This document shows, piece by piece, positions 24,831 to 37,049 of a stretch of DNA of 64,000 nt. The notes below the pieces were generated by a model. It was not told where the DNA came from and searched no databases. It saw only the letters and a list, made by a program, of their open reading frames with translations. This DNA is from Octopus sinensis (taxonomy: Eukaryota): the NCBI RefSeq assembly GCF_006345805.1, contig NC_043007.1:63860001-63924000 (forward strand), written 5' to 3'. Every line of letters begins with the position of its first letter. Positions within the stretch are counted from its first letter, which is position 1. Made by a program: the position numbers and the translations under genes.

Positions 24831-27290
24831 TATTATTATTATTGCCTTTGCACAGCTTCTAATGCTGGAGATGTACTACAGTGTCAGCTGTTCGCTACCA
24901 GTGAACTATGGTAACACCTCTTATTTTACAAGCACCTTGTGGAGTATTCGAGCAGTTCCAAGCAGTGCTGTTTTCTGCAAGTGCTCCACCCTTATTGTAG
25001 CCTCTATTTGTTGCACGTACTTCTCAAGATTTTTTCCCATTGTTCCCAGGGCTCTGACAATTATTGGTACTATCACTACCTTTTTCATTGACCTCAACTG
25101 CTTAACTTCCCAAGCTAACTTGTCATATCTCTCAACTTTTCTTTCTTCCTTATCACATACCTTGTTGTCAGCTGGGCATGCTATATCTATGATCCAGCAT
25201 AGTTTGTTTTCTTTTTCAAGACTATGTCTGGCTTCCCATTCTCTATCTCATAGTCGCACTGAATCATAAAATCCCATAGGATCTTTGCATTTCTATTTTC
25301 GATGATGCCTTCAGGTTTGTGGTCGTACCAATTTTTTGCTCTGTTAAGTCCATACTTGTTGCAGAGTGCCCAATGGACAAGCCTGGCTATATTGTTGTGA
25401 CATCTCTTATATTCCTTCTGGGCTAGTGGCATACATTGGCTGGTAATATGCCATATGGTTTCACCGTTTTGTCTACAGATTCTGCTCTTATCACTTTCTG
25501 CTGTGTTGTCTATTCTGTATTTTATGTAGTTTGTTCTTAGTGCTTGCTCTTGGGCAGCACAGATTAGAGCCTCCATTTCCAGTTTTAAATCACTTTTAGT
25601 CATCCACAGCCATCTTTTTCTCTGTCTGTCTTATCTTCAACACCCCTATGAAATTGACCATGCATTCTTTTCTTTACCCACCTATTTTCAGATTCATTTG
25701 TTTTCAATTTCTTGTATAGTGCTTTATCTTTGCAATCTTTCATCCTACACAAGCCTGACCTTCTTACTTCTAATAATAGCAGTTTTGTGGCATTTTTTAC
25801 ATACCATGCTATGTTGTTTTCTTCTGCTCTAATGCTGTGTTTGCATCCAATAAGTCCTCTTCCCCCTCTTTTTCTTGGTACATACAGTCAGTCTGTATCA
25901 ATTTTTGGGGTGGAGTGACCCATATCTAGTTTGCAACTTCCTTGTCTTTCTGTCTAAGCTGTTTAGTTCATCTACTATCCATGCGATTACCCCTGCTCCA
26001 TATCTAAGGAGTGAAACAGCCCAGATGTTGATAGCTTTGATCTTATTGCATCCATTTAATTTTGACTTAAGGATCAGTCTCAGTCTGTGCAAATACTCCA
26101 CCAAAAAATTTTCTGTCATTTCTTTCTCCATTTCCAAAATCCCTAAGTACTTATAGCCTGTCTCTTCTATCTACTTCATAACCTCCCCCGACAGTATCAT
26201 TAACCTGTCCATACATTTGATTTTGCCTCTCTTCAAAACTAACACACCACACTTTCTCAGTCCGAGCTCCATTCTGATATCAGCACTGAAGGTATACACC
26301 GTATCAACGAGGGAACTGACTTGGGCTTCATTTTACCTTAAAGTTTGAGGTCATCTATGAAAACAAATGGTTGGCTTTTTGCTGGCAGCTTTTGAATACA
26401 TACCCAGCTTTTGCTTTCCTCAGAATCAGTGCTAGTGGTATCAAGCACAGTACAAAGATCAATGGGGACAGGCAGTCGCCTTGGAAGATGCCACTCCTAA
26501 TTTCTACTGTCCCTAAACTTCTGTATGCTATCAGGTTTGTCCTCCAATTCACCATACTTTTTTCAAGCATTCGCTCAACATTTGATGCAATACTAAATAG
26601 GTTCATACACTCCATAATCCAAGACTGTGGGATCATATTGTACGTCTTATGATAGTCGATCCATGACATGGCTAAGTTACTTTTCCTCCTCTTGCAGTCT
26701 CTAAGTACAGTTTTATCTATCAGGAGTTGATCCTCAGTACCTCTGCATTTACACTTGCAACCCTTTTGCTCATGTGGCAGAAATCTATTTTTTCCAGATG
26801 TTCGTACATTTACTCTGTGAGTATTCCAGCCAGTAACTTCCACATAAGTGGCAAACAAGATATCGGCCTGTAATTGTCTACTGTATTACCTTTTTCTATG
26901 TTTTTCAGGCACAGCACTGTCCTACTCAATGTCAACCACTCTGGTGTTACTTGGTCGGCATTTAACAAGGTGTTGAGTTGCACAACTATTTGTGCATGAC
27001 ATTCACTAAATCTTTTGATCCAGTAGCCTTTAACTCCATCTGGTGCCAGGACCTTCCAATTGCTCAATTTTTTGCTGATTTCTTTCACTTCCCTAACTGA
27101 AATGACTAGTTCTGCCTGTTTTGGACAGACTACTGTTTGTTTAGTTCTTGCAACCATTCAGCATCCTTCTTGTGTTCCTTGTCTTTGCTCCAGATGTCAC
27201 TCCCAAACCTTTGACTTTCAATGTTATCTGGTATCAACTTTCATCTGTATACTCTCCATTTATTTCTTTATAGAATTTCTTCTGATCTAC
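24826..27290 (-). mobile_element. Dong/R4-clade non-LTR retrotransposon, 5'-truncated and frameshifted
   Basis: [15 protein letters not shown]; [29 protein letters not shown]; AAQEQALRTN..ETIWHITSQC..KPDIV; (TAA)n tail at 24826-24845. Confidence 0.92.
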
Positions 27291-27294
27291 TCAG

Positions 27295-29540
27295 AAGGGA
27301 AGCTAGGAGACTTAGGTTTACTTAGCCAGAGGGAAAGCAGATAAGAAAAAATTCGCCAATGTTCTGCGTCATGAGAACCAAAGACTTGAAGTGTTTCGTG
27401 TTGCAAGACAGTGTGAGAGAGAGAATTGTGATGTCATAGGAGAGAAATGTGTCCACATGGATGCTGGCTCACTTGCATTTAATGAGGCTGCAAAGAGAAA
27501 GACTTGGAGACGCCACTGTGAAATGTTGTGAAATGAAGAGAATGAATGGAAGAAAGAAAGTCTGCTGAATGTTGATCCAACAGAGGGACCAGCTATCCGA
27601 ATTGACAGTACCCATCAGGAATCACCGCAGAGATGCTTAAAATATCTGGTAGTGTTGGCTATAGCCTAGTCACCCGTATAGTCAATCAGATGATACATGA
27701 AGGAGTCATACCCAATGACTGATGTAGCAGCACCATAGTCAATTGCTACAAAGGTAATGGGGATGCATTAGATAAGAATAATTACAGATGGATCAGATAA
27801 TGAAAGTCACAGAGAGGGTCATAGCCCAACTAATTAGGGATAGAGTCAGTTTAGATGAGATGCAGTTTTGGTTTGTGTCAGGGAAAAGCACCACTGATGC
27901 TACATTTCTGGTAAGACAGCTGCAGGAGAAATACCTAACCAAAGATAAACCTCTGTACCTGGCTTTCGTTGACATGGAGAAAGCCTTTGACAGGGTCCCC
28001 CGATCCCTTATGTGGACTTATAGCCTAGTCACCCATATAGTCAATCAGGTGATACATGAAGGAGTCATACCCAATGACTGATGTAACAGCACCATAGTAG
28101 AAACAGGGATGCTGTCAGTATGGTGGGGGCTGGCAATGAGTACAGTGAAGAATTCTGGGTAGGTGTAGGGGTCCACCAAGGATCAGTCCTCAACCCCGTC
28201 TTATTCATCATAGTCCTCCAGGCAATAACAAAGGAATTCAAGACAAGATGCCCCTGGGAGCTTCTCTATGCTGATGACCTTGCTCTAATAGCTGAGTCAC
28301 AATCAGTACTAGAGGATAAGTTTCGGGTATGGAAGCAAGGTCTAGAATCAAAGGGCCTTAGAGTCAATCTAGCAAAAACCAAAGTCTTGGAAAGTAAGAA
28401 GGCAGAAAAATCACAAATCCCACCTGGTAGATGGTCCTGCTCACTCTGTAGAAAAGGTGTAGGTAGAAACTCCAAAAGATGTACCCAGATGGACACATAA
28501 GAGGTGCAGCAATATCAAAGGAAGGCTAACTGGGAAGATAGTTTTTGTTTGTGTGGCAAATGCTCAGGAGCAATAAACACTGAAAATGTGCAGAAAACAG
28601 GTTCCGTCACATGCCAGGGGGAAAAGCTAGTAGTAGTTGATATCTTCCATTACCTAGGTGACCAAGTCAGTAGTGGGGGTGGATGCTCTGAGAGTATAGC
28701 TGCTAGGATAAGAATAACCTGGGCAAAGTTCAGAGAGCTCCTACCTCGGCTGGTGACAAAGTGTAAGTACCCTGAGAGAAAAGTAGACAATAAGAAACCT
28801 GAGATGTGGTGTGCAACAGAGACGACTGCACTGGTATGATCATGTGTTGCATATGGATGAGGACAGCAGTAGAGGGAACCTGTGGAAGAGGTAGATCCAG
28901 GAAGGCCTGGGATGAAGTGGTGAAGCATGACCTGCGAATGTTGGGCCTCACAGAGGCGATGACAAGTGTCCGAGACCTTTGGAGATATGCTGTGCTTAAG
29001 AAGACCTGGCGAGCCAAGTAAGACCATAACTGTGGCCTATGCTAGTGCAGCATAAATGGCCCATTTAAGAGTACACTTCAATCATTGGGCAATAAACTGC
29101 ATTTGCGAAGACCTGTTGAGTCAAGTGAAGTCATTGTCGTGGCCGATGACAGTACTAGTGGCACATAAAAAGCACCATTCAAATGTGATTGTTGCCAGTG
29201 CCACTTGACTGGTCCTGTGCTGGTGGCATGTAAAAAGCACCATTCGAGTGTGATCATTGCCAGTGCCTCCTGACTGGCTCCCATTCCAGTAGCATGTAAA
29301 AAAGCAGCATTTGAGCATGGTTGATACCAGTGCCTGCTGACTGGTCTCGTGCTGGTGGTACGTAAAAAGCACCCACTACATTCTCAGAGTCGTTGGCATT
29401 AGGAAGGGCATCTAGCTGTAGAAACTTTGCCAGATCAGATTGGAGCCTGGTGCAGCCTTCTGGCTTGCCAGCCCTCAGTCAAACCATCCATCCCATGCCA
29501 GCATGGAAAGCAGACGTTAAACGATGACGATGATGATGAT
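27295..29540 (+). mobile_element. RTE-clade LINE, 5'-truncated and frameshifted, (GAT)n tail
   Basis: LAFVDMEKAFDRVP; GVHQGSVLNP; ELLYADDL; FHYLGDQ; GRGRSRKAWDE. Confidence 0.92.
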
Positions 29541-29714
29541 ATATACATACATGCATTCTACTAAACAAATTACCTTTCTTCTAAATCATTTTATGTTCAG
29601 TCCTGCTTGAAACATCACAGCCTCGTCTTTTTTCTATTTTAAACTGAGTGTCAACCTAAGACATACATTATGTATGCCCTTTTGACTTTTGTTTGTGTTT
29701 TTATTTTTCATTTG

Positions 29715-29754
<40 letters not shown>

Positions 29755-31119
29755 GCAACCTTAAATCTATTTAACATTCTTCTTTATTTGATTTGTTTCA
29801 TTTCAGTTATTTTTTTTTATATGGGAATATATTATATTTGAAATGGATGTATTAAACTCCAACAACAAAGTTATTGTGAAAAAATTTACCATGAATTATT
29901 TTAGAATTTTATGGCATCCTAAAATGTCTTAGCTGTTAATTGAAATATCATTTCTCCAAGCAAAACACTGAGTTACTGCCCCTGTTATACACAAATTCTG
30001 TCATTCACTTTTTATATGAGGATAAGAAACTTTGTCTTTATTTTCTTAGCAATGTTTTTCTTTTTTTTTTTTTACCCTACCAGTAATAAATTTTATAAAA
30101 ACTGTTCTAAATTACTATAACATATAAACGATTTTACAGTCACAACATTTAAACTATTGAAATCTCATTTTAGCAGTAATGCATCTTTTCATTGATATTT
30201 AACTGTATTTTTTACAAACAAAATCTTATATTTACAAATATAAATACTCTGTTATTTATAATCCATTAGAATAATATTTTTACATCCATTTATATTAAAT
30301 CTCTTCACTCTCCAAATTTACATACTTTTCATTGCATATCTAATGCATTTTAGCATATCCATTATCTTCTCCCACACATTGTATTTTTAACAAACTAGTT
30401 GCAGCTTCATTATTTTTCGGATATTGTAATTCTACCTTCCCTACCATTCTCTTTCATCTTTAATAACATACACACACACACATCATGGTAATGACGGCAG
30501 CCTCTTTGTCTCCAAAGGTCACGAGGAAGAACGACACACCCTCAGGTGGTTATGTAACCTGATCGAAGATGCTGCAGGACTTTCTTCCTGATAGTACTTA
30601 ATAGTTTTAAAGTAAGAGTCAGTTCGTGTAATCTGATCCTGCTCTTTAGACTTGGAGATCTGACCACAGTGGCTCAGCAGGCTAAGATACCTGCAACAAC
30701 CAGAAAGCATTAGGTTTTACATTGGAGTGGCCTTCTAGGTGAATTGACTTACAGGGATGGAGAGCTCCATCTACCCTGGAGTTGCCAAAAGGATGTCAAA
30801 AGGGGCACTGCGCCACCTGAGGGACCCCATTCCTTGCTTTACAATGGAAGTTGACTATCCAAGTATTTTCCTTTCCCAAGGCACTCACAAGGCTGTGAGG
30901 GTTTGTGCTTGGACTTTCTTCCATAACATGCTAAATAACCTATAAATACGACTTTCACAAGTGCTACTACACTGGGTCAGAATAGACCTGAGAATAATAG
31001 TGGCTATGAGGTGGTCCCACACTCCTCAAAACATTGGTCTTCCTGAAGCAAGGCCCCACTACTGGTTGCAGGTATGTCTGTGTATTGAATATTATTTATA
31101 TATATATATATATATCATC

Positions 31120-31390
31120 ATCATCATCATCATTGTTTAACGTCCGCTTTCCATGCTAGCATGGATTGGACTATATATATATATATATATATGTGTATGT
31201 CTAGATGTATGTATGTGTGTGTGTGTGCGTATGTTTGTGTATGTATATACGTATATATATGTATGTGTGTATGTATGTATATACGTATATATATATGTGT
31301 GTATATACATATGTATATATATAATATATGCATCATATATATATGTATGTATTTACAAATTTATGTTTATATGTATACATATATAATTAT

Positions 31391-31421
<31 letters not shown>

Positions 31422-31479
31422 TAATATATATATATAATATATACATATGTATATATATATATATAATTATATACATATG

Positions 31480-31535
<56 letters not shown>

Positions 31536-31560
31536 TATAATTACATACATATATATATAT
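31120..31560. repeat. Short RTE 3' tail followed by (TA)n/(TG)n tract
   Basis: catcatcattgtttaacgtccgctttccatgctagc, then microsatellite. Confidence 0.8.
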
Positions 31561-31951
31561 GTGTATTGTATCTGAAGTAAATTCCAACAGAATTAAGTTT
31601 ATGTCAAGTAACTCTAAAATTAAAAATTCTATATACCAGTGTATAATCAATACTCATAATAAAGTACGATTTTACATTGGAAGCACATCGTTAGAGTTAT
31701 CTAAAAGAATTTTTATTCATTACTCAACATTTAGGGATAGGAATAAACGTAACAGTACTGGGCTCAGTAAATTAATTTGGGATCTAAAAGACCACAATGA
31801 ACAATTTAATTTAGAATGGTTGATTCTCTCAATCTTGATACCTTATGACAAAGGCAAGGAATTGTATCTTCTCTGTAATTCTGAACTTTTTTCATTATTC
31901 TTTCTAAAACTCCCTAGTAAACACGGTTATAGAGCATGCATTCTGATGTAA
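31559..31951 (+). mobile_element. Penelope-like GIY-YIG endonuclease remnant
   Basis: SIYQC..FYIGSTSLELSKRIFIHYSTF..STGLSKLIWDLKD..LEW..LCNSE. Confidence 0.8.
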
Positions 31952-32159
31952 ACATTGGCAAAAACACACTTTTAGTTCATATAAGTAATATCTATCATTA
32001 TATATAATTTAAACATTAACTTTCTTTTATATTTAACATTCACTAAAAATATCCCTCCTCTTTCTATAGGCTACTTCTGACGTTATATCATATAACGTTT
32101 CTTCAAACAATATTAATTAGCGTTCAGTAAATCACTATACGTATCCATATACATATGCG

Positions 32160-32191
<32 letters not shown>

Positions 32192-32272
32192 GGTCCCGGG
32201 TTGATTCGGGGTTAACCACAGTAAATAAGGTACTCAATACATAGCAGAGTAAAATTAATTTATTATATAGAA

Positions 32273-32327
32273 GGAGCTTCTACAGGACTAGAACTATTTC
32301 ATTCAAGAGAAATCTTCAGGAAGCTCA
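32273..32327 (-). ncRNA. Type I hammerhead ribozyme motif (mirror copy)
   Basis: Same core on the minus strand; helix I 7 bp; predicted cleavage at plus coordinate 32281. Confidence 0.65.
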
Positions 32328-32336
32328 GGAGCTTCA

Positions 32337-32391
32337 GGAGCTTCCTGAAGATTTCTCTTGAATGAAATAGTTCTAGTCCTGTAGAAGCTCC
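32337..32391 (+). ncRNA. Type I hammerhead ribozyme motif
   Basis: GGAGCTTC-CTGAAGA-TTTC(tctt)GAAT-GAAA-TAG(ttctagtc)CTG-TA-GAAGCTCC: 8-bp helix I, predicted GUA cleavage after 32383. Confidence 0.7.
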
Positions 32392-32408
32392 TTCTATATA
32401 ATAAATTA

Positions 32409-32440
<32 letters not shown>

Positions 32441-33045
32441 TGAAGGTATCCGGAGGAAGACATGGGATGAGGTGGTCAAGCATTACCTTCGAACGTTGGG
32501 CCTCACAGAGGCAATGTCAAAAGACCAAGATCTTTGGAGATATGCTGTGACTGCTAAAATCCGACAAATAATGTGAATTCATGGCTGTTTCCTACGCCAG
32601 TTTCACATAGCCCCAGCCCATCCAAAGTACCTTGGATTGCAGAACGACCTGCTGTGCTTACCTTGGATTGTAGGGTGACCTGCTGTGCTTGAGGAGACCT
32701 ATTGAGTCAAGTACATCAACATCAAAATAAATATCAAATGGAAATTGTAGTTGTGATACCTGTGCCAGCTCCGCCTTGACTGGCTTCTCTGCCAGTGGCA
32801 TGTAAAAAGCACCAACCGATTGTGGCCGCTGCCAGCCTCCCCTGGCACCTGTGCCGGTGGCACGTAAAAAGTACCCACTGCACTCAAGGAGTGGTTGGCA
32901 TTAGGAAGGGCATCCAGCTGTAGAAACACTGCCAGATCAGACTGGAGCCTGGTGCAGCCTCCTGGCTTCCCAGATCCCGGTCGAACCATCCAACCCGTGC
33001 TAGCACGGAAAACGAACGTTAAACGATGATGATGATGATGATAAA
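32441..33045 (+). mobile_element. RTE 3' fragment with (GAT)n tail
   Basis: RKTWDEVVKH.LRTLGLTEA plus the 3' UTR shared with the other RTE copies. Confidence 0.85.
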
Positions 33046-34274
33046 TATATGTGCAGAAACAGTTCTTCATTCTCTCTACTCTAGATGTGGAGAGGCTGGT
33101 AAATCATCAGTGCCTGAGATCCTTTGGCACATGATTGTAGTCCTTAATGCTTATGTGGTTGTAAATTTTAATTTGGGTGCATCACAAGACTTAATTGTTT
33201 CTCCCACATCTTTCCCTCACAACTTTAATGACCTACTTGCAGTCAAGGTCAATTATGCACATTTATTTCTGTGCACAGATAGCATCACCTGCACTTGTCC
33301 ATATGCAATTTCAACTCAGCCTCACTTGACAATGCTAAGTTATTGCATGCACACATACATACATACTCCATACAACCCTACTCCATGATATTGCAATAAT
33401 CACAAACTACACAAAAACTCTTACAATAGTTTTCTTTTTCAGTGTTGGACAATTATTGATACCACGAAACAGTGGTTCTCCAACTGACAAATGCCAGCTC
33501 CCATACACAAAATATCAGCAAAAATCCACTCCCCACCTCAAGTACTTTGTTAATGAGAAAACAAAATAGAGTTTGCATCCAAATAATAGTTTCTTCATTA
33601 CAGTGTTGGACAAGTTTAAGAAGTCTGAAACCATTATGATTTTCTTGATTATTTGTCTGTCCTCTTCTCTATCCTCACTGTCTCGTCCCATGAAAAATTC
33701 TAACATTGAAAATGTAGTATAGTTAGCACTCACATGTGTTAGACGGAGTCTTACGACACTAATACATATAGATGTGTAGATCCTAAGGGAATTTTCAGTG
33801 AATGATACCCAGAGTGATTTCCCTCAGAAAGGATAAAGGAAATCTCAAAAGCTGCTAAATATTAAACCTTTTAATTTAATTACTTAGGGGAATAGTACAT
33901 AAAGTTTAGGCACCCCAGAAAGAATCATAATTTCAGCACTTGCGTTTACTTTTTTTACACATTACTTGTCCGGTAATATCTTAGCCACTCAACCATTTTG
34001 CCTATTCTGTTACACCCTTTTTGTATACACATAGGTTCACTTGTACTTTGGAAAACACACCCATCCAGCTGTACTGTATATGAAATATAACCTGTTTAAC
34101 TGACAGCTGTAATATTACACATGATGACTTGTGGTGGTGGGTGTTTGCATGTGAAGGAGAGAGGGTCAAAGAGAAGAAAGTGAAAAGGACAGTATGGAAA
34201 GATTTAAAATAGAAAATGAGCAGTTGCTTTTCCGAGAAAGAAAACAGAAAGAGGAAAGACCGGTAACAAATATA

Positions 34275-35475
34275 TTGGGTTGGCAACTAACTTCCTGCCT
34301 TTTTTTTTAAATTTAAATTTTGTAAAAGGTTTAACAAAAAATAACAACTAATTAATCAATAATGTATTCACACTTGTTGTTTACAACTTCTACCCAATGT
34401 TCAACAAGATTTTCAATACCTCGTTGGTAGAAAACACCTAATTTCAACTCGAAAAATTGATCTGACCAAGCTCTCAATTCTGCATCAGTATTGAATGAAA
34501 CTCTGTTCATAGCATTCCCAGCCATGTGTTTGAATGGCTTCCTTGGTCATATTGGCGATATGAGGGCGGGAGTTGTTGTGCAGCAGAAGAACTTCATGCT
34601 GTCGATTTGGTCTTTTCTCTTAAATAGCCATGTTGAGTCATTCCATCTGTTGAACATAGAGTTCCGCATTGACCATTTGGTTCTGTTCAAGCAATTCATA
34701 ATGGTTAATCCCTTCCCAGTCCCACCAAACGCACAACATTGTTTTATGCGGAGGAAGGTTTTGTTTTACACGCAGTATTGCTTGTTTACCAGGACTAAGC
34801 CATTCCTTACACTGCTTCATATTGATGTACAGGCATCATTTTTTGTCACCAGTAACGATTTGGTAAAGAAATCATTGCTTGTGTTCATGAGTTGAGCAGT
34901 GACGTGCAAGCAAACCAGCGGAGTTGTGGCTCATTGATTTTTGTTGTTGTCACTTAAAGCATGCAGAACCCATGCTCCATACTTCTGAACCTTTCTCATC
35001 GAGTGAAGATGCTTCTCTATAGCAGTTTGGGAGCATTCCATTTTCTCTGCCAGTTCCCTTGTCGTTTGACGAGAATTTTCATGCAAAAGTTGGTTTAATT
35101 GCTCTTCATCAAACTCAACTGGACGGCCAGAACGTGGTGCGTCTTTGGGGTCAAAATTTCCATTTTTGAACTTGGCATACCAATCACAAGTGGTTCTTTC
35201 AGCTATGGCACCCTCTCCATACATAGCACAAATGTCGCGAGCAGCTTTTGCAGCCTTAGAACTTTGATTAAAAGCAAAAAGAAGGAGGTGTTGAAAATGC
35301 TCATTTTTCTTAACTTGACATTCCATTTTAATGATTTAAAAATAAACAAAAGTTAACAAAAATTAACTAGAAAAAAAAAAACAAAATAGATTCCAAAATG
35401 ATTCAAAAATAGAATTCTCGAAAAAAATAGATTCCAAAATTTAAAAAAACTGCGGGAACTTAGTTGCCAACCCAA
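34275..35475 (-). mobile_element. mariner transposon, near full length, defective transposase
   Basis: TIR TTGGGTTGGCAACTAA with TA TSD; HFQHLLLFAF..RSGRP..GAWVLHAL; IVTGDKK*; MLCVWWDWEG; LLLHNNSRPH; YSPDL region deleted. Confidence 0.95.
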
Positions 35476-36647
35476 TAAAAGAAAGAGAAAGAAAAAGAGA
35501 CAGTGGGAGAGATAAAAGAGAAAATGGTGGGGGCAGTGTGCATGTTCAGTGTTCTTAGTGTAACTATATACACATATATATATATCTTGTGCCATGCTGC
35601 TCTTCTTATTTACCATTTATCCTGCTTGGTTTCATGACGTCTGTTGTACTACATTTGCAGAATGATAACAGTTTCAAGGTGCAGTGCACACACGTCTGAC
35701 TTGTCGTTTCACTTCGATAACAACTATATTTTACATTTTACTAATTGTCATATTAGTAATAGCTTTGCTGTCTGTGTGTGTACACGCTCCTCTTTTTATT
35801 TTTATATATACGCATATGCCAATACGTGTATATCCTATATGTAGGTATGTGTCCACATTTGAAGGCTTGTGAGTATTACGTGTATTTGTGTGTGTGTGTG
35901 GATGAAGGAATTACTGATTGGTTTGCTTTGTAACTATGGGATCCTGCATTTGTGCTCACTGCAAGGCATCCTATCTTTTATAAGTGAAGCTGGGTAGATG
36001 AAAACCATGAAACCCCATTGGATGCATTGTATCTGTAATAGGCTTGTCACTGGCTGCATCGCTGATTCTTCCTCAATATTACGTTAAGAACACATGTACC
36101 TGTGGAATACTCACAATCTATTTTATCTAGTAATAGACATGTCTTTCTGTCTGCTGTACATGGTATTTTCCTTTAGGCATGTCAGTATGGCCTCTTTCTC
36201 GCTATGACATAAGCACACCCTACTGATTGTATTTACAACCATGACTACCCATGTACAAGTGTATTGCATTGCTCAAAGGTTTTGATGAAATGACAGGTTG
36301 GGTTTCATTTAATATTGCATGAAGTTGCATAACCATTATTTATATTTGTTCCAGCATATTAAATGGTTCATCTACCCCATCTGTTATTGAAACAATCGTA
36401 ACTGGATAATAAATGTGATACTACTATCTTCATTCCTCTACTTGTTTTCTGTTATACTCTGTGATTGATGAAAATTCCCAGATTTTCAGTTTGCATAGAA
36501 TACTATGGATTTACTAAATTTTCTTCCCTTCTGCACATCCTGTTAGCCAGGAGTTTGCATGATTACTGACTGAAGTAATGCCCTGGATTCCACTAATCCC
36601 TCTTTACTTACCATATATGTACACACACACACACACACACACTCACA

Positions 36648-36800
36648 CAGCTGTGTGGTTAAGAAATTTGCTTCACAACCACAAGGTTTTGTGTTTAATC
36701 CTATCACATGGTACACCTTGGGAATGTGTCTTCTATTATAACCCTGGACCAACCAATACTTTATGAGCAACTTAGTTCATAGAAACTGCATAAAGCCTGT
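36648..36800 (+). mobile_element. SINE family A, 5' part
   Basis: gctgtgtggttaagaaatttgcttcacaaccac...caccttgggaatgtgtcttct. Confidence 0.7.
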
Positions 36801-37049
36801 TTATATGTCTATATCTATGTATCTGGTTATACTCACACACACGTGTATGTGTGTGAAGGTGCATGGCCTAGTGATTAGGCTGTTGCTCTCATGGTTGCAA
36901 GAACATGCTTTCAATTCCCAGACCAGCAATACATTGTGTTCTTGAGCAACAATTTGCAACACACACTAACAAATCTACCAATCACCCCATTACCTACCAA
37001 TCTGCCAAAAACACAAGCCAGATTACATTCTCACCATAATATGAGATAG

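Larger units (their letters stand above)
32254..32410. repeat. Perfect palindrome: two 73-bp arms, 11-nt spacer
   Basis: 32254-32326 is the exact reverse complement of 32338-32410. Confidence 0.97.

Noticed and set aside
30490-31075. GC-richer block with short ORFs (30519..30710, 30757..30945)
   Set aside because: No recognisable domain or element ends; probably an unclassified repeat fragment
32010-32050. Hairpin ACGTTATA-tca-TATAACGT in the Penelope 3' flank
   Set aside because: Flanking nucleotides do not give CUGANGA/GAAA on either strand
36177-36297. AG...GT-bounded segment resembling an exon
   Set aside because: Stop codons in all three frames
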